Shown here piece after piece: positions 62,535 through 64,000 of a stretch of DNA of 64,000 nucleotides. The position numbers and the translations under genes were made by a program. Source of the DNA: Smithellaceae bacterium. Its GTDB lineage: Bacteria > Desulfobacterota > Syntrophia > Syntrophales > Smithellaceae. Position 1 is the first letter of the stretch, and each line of letters opens with the position of its first letter. The stretch lies in contig CAXXVL010000002.1 in assembly GCA_963667845.2 (NCBI GenBank), positions 3,415,961 to 3,479,960 on the forward strand. Direction: 5' to 3'. Below the pieces are notes generated by a model. That model did no database searches and was not told the DNA's origin. It was given only the letters and a program-made list of their open reading frames with translations.

Positions 62535-64000
62535 CGGCGTGAAGAATTCCTGTCCTTGTTAAATTGTTTCCGGCGGGTGAACCAGACCGCGACAATAATT
62601 AAGAAAGCAGAAATTGATATAGTCGCGAATAAGAGAAAGAAAGGGGGCTGATATTCGAACAGAATCTCATGTCTGCCTAAACCAATCGAGACTCCCTGAA
62701 ACAGGTAGTTCAAACGAATAATATTTACCGGCTGACCATCGACGGTAGCATGCCAACCCGGATATACAGCTTCCGACAGGACAAGAACACCTCGCTGTCG
62801 GGCCTTGATGTCGATATGAATACGATTGTGGTTTTCGTACACAATATTATCCACATCTTGATGGTATGGACTCTCAAGCATCCCCCCCATACTTTCAGGT
62901 CCCAGGGCGGTTGTGCGGCAGTCAAACAGTCGCTTATGATAATCTTGAACTGTCCACAGGCCTAATGGTTGTATTGCCCCTACCATCCAGGCACGAGGAA
63001 GATGATCTCTGATTTGAAAAACGATAGGATTGATCCTTTGAACATAAGGCATGATTTCCGGTTGAGCCTCCAAGTTTTCCGCAGAAACAATATATTTTAC
63101 ATTTGCCAATTGCAGTATTTTAATTCTATGTGTCCACGGTTGACGAAGAATTTCCGAAATGATCCACTGATACTGCAATTCCATTCCGGTCTTTCCATCA
63201 ACATAATGAATATTGTTAATCACACCAATATTAGATGCTTTGATCGTCTGAGCGATCAGATGGCGATTGTCTATGGATGTTTTATCGGATATACGCGAGA
63301 TGAAACTGTCCTCATCCACATAGACACGAAAGAGATCTCTGTCTCGCAGGATCTGTTGCAAAAAATGATCAGAATACTGATAAAGATTGATTTTACAGGT
63401 TAGATTGAGACCGGCATGTGCCATATACAAATCAGCAAAAAGCATCAATGGAATAATCAGCAAGACATATCTTGTTCTCTCACCAAATTTCATTAAGAAA
63501 AGAATGAGGCGGTCAAAACCATAACCGGACAAAACAACGAGACCGATATTGGATAAAAAATAATATTTTTCCGGAAAGCGGAAAAAAGGAAATATCCTGT
63601 GAGCAAGATTAAAAAAAGGCATGCTATTGCCCAAGGAGAAAACGATTCCCGCTACAAAGAGTGCCAGCCAGAAAATTTTTTCACGCCACGGTCTTGAAAA
63701 AACGCTGAGACAAGCAAAAAGCGTTACCAAAAGGCCGGGGTAAATGCTGAGCAGCCAGGGAATTTTCCCTTGCGGCGGAAACAGTCTCATCAGAGCGGCC
63801 GGATCACTTCCAAATGACTGGCTGAAAGAAACCGGAACCATCAGGTGTCTTAATTGATTCCAGGACAGTGATAATTCTGCCTGCGGATCGAAAGGAAGAC
63901 CTTTCAAACGAACGGAATTTTGAAAATCAAGAAAAGTCGGGCCCCACTGAATAATTGTAATTAACAGGGCAGCTGTGATTATTGCGATAAATATTAAATT
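62531..64000 (-). CDS. YfhO-family GT-C membrane protein (5'-truncated by window edge)
   Basis: Frame open to window end; IYPG, RFPEK, NVKYIV, LPRAW, LVLSEAVYPGW.ATVDG, G.HEI.FEY.P. Confidence 0.85.
   Translation of the reverse strand, partial: NLIFIAIITAALLITIIQWGPTFLDFQNSVRLKGLPFDPQAELSLSWNQLRHLMVPVSFSQSFGSDPAALMRLFPPQGKIPWLLSIYPGLLVTLFACLSVFSRPWREKIFWLALFVAGIVFSLGNSMPFFNLAHRIFPFFRFPEKYYFLSNIGLVVLSGYGFDRLILFLMKFGERTRYVLLIIPLMLFADLYMAHAGLNLTCKINLYQYSDHFLQQILRDRDLFRVYVDEDSFISRISDKTSIDNRHLIAQTIKASNIGVINNIHYVDGKTGMELQYQWIISEILRQPWTHRIKILQLANVKYIVSAENLEAQPEIMPYVQRINPIVFQIRDHLPRAWMVGAIQPLGLWTVQDYHKRLFDCRTTALGPESMGGMLESPYHQDVDNIVYENHNRIHIDIKARQRGVLVLSEAVYPGWHATVDGQPVNIIRLNYLFQGVSIGLGRHEILFEYQPPFFLLFATISISAFLIIVAVWFTRRKQFNKDRNSSRR

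Overview
Bacterial chromosomal window, probably from an anaerobic deltaproteobacterial syntroph (Syntrophales/Smithella-like; inferred from gene content). Housekeeping blocks: ileS-lspA, glpK-glpABC, hup-trpS-scpA-scpB-rluB-ihfB, sodB, zur-znuACB, a LysM amidase, metF, tRNA-Arg(CCG), and rpsF-rpsR-yybS-rplI-dnaB. Accessory material lies between them. The most structured element is an intact 3,887-bp IS1-family cargo transposon (53852-57738) with perfect 16-bp terminal inverted repeats and an 8-bp target duplication. It carries a small basic protein and a P63C-type protein that share one helical motif, a divergent promoter region with repeated palindromes, and a DUF4747-like plus membrane-protein operon with its own palindrome-containing promoter (candidate defence module). 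It sits between a type II secretion/pseudopilus cluster (gspE has an in-frame stop; no secretin in the window) and a cluster of TMTC-like/YfhO GT-C glycosyltransferase genes. Also present: three copies of a ~105-bp dispersed structured repeat, a MenA-like prenyltransferase plus radical SAM/SPASM pair, a CFI-box-CTERM cysteine protease, tandem secreted Cys/His paralogs, a 75-bp tandem-repeat tail on ScpB, and several pseudogenes. All family calls come from motif recognition by eye; no database searches were run.
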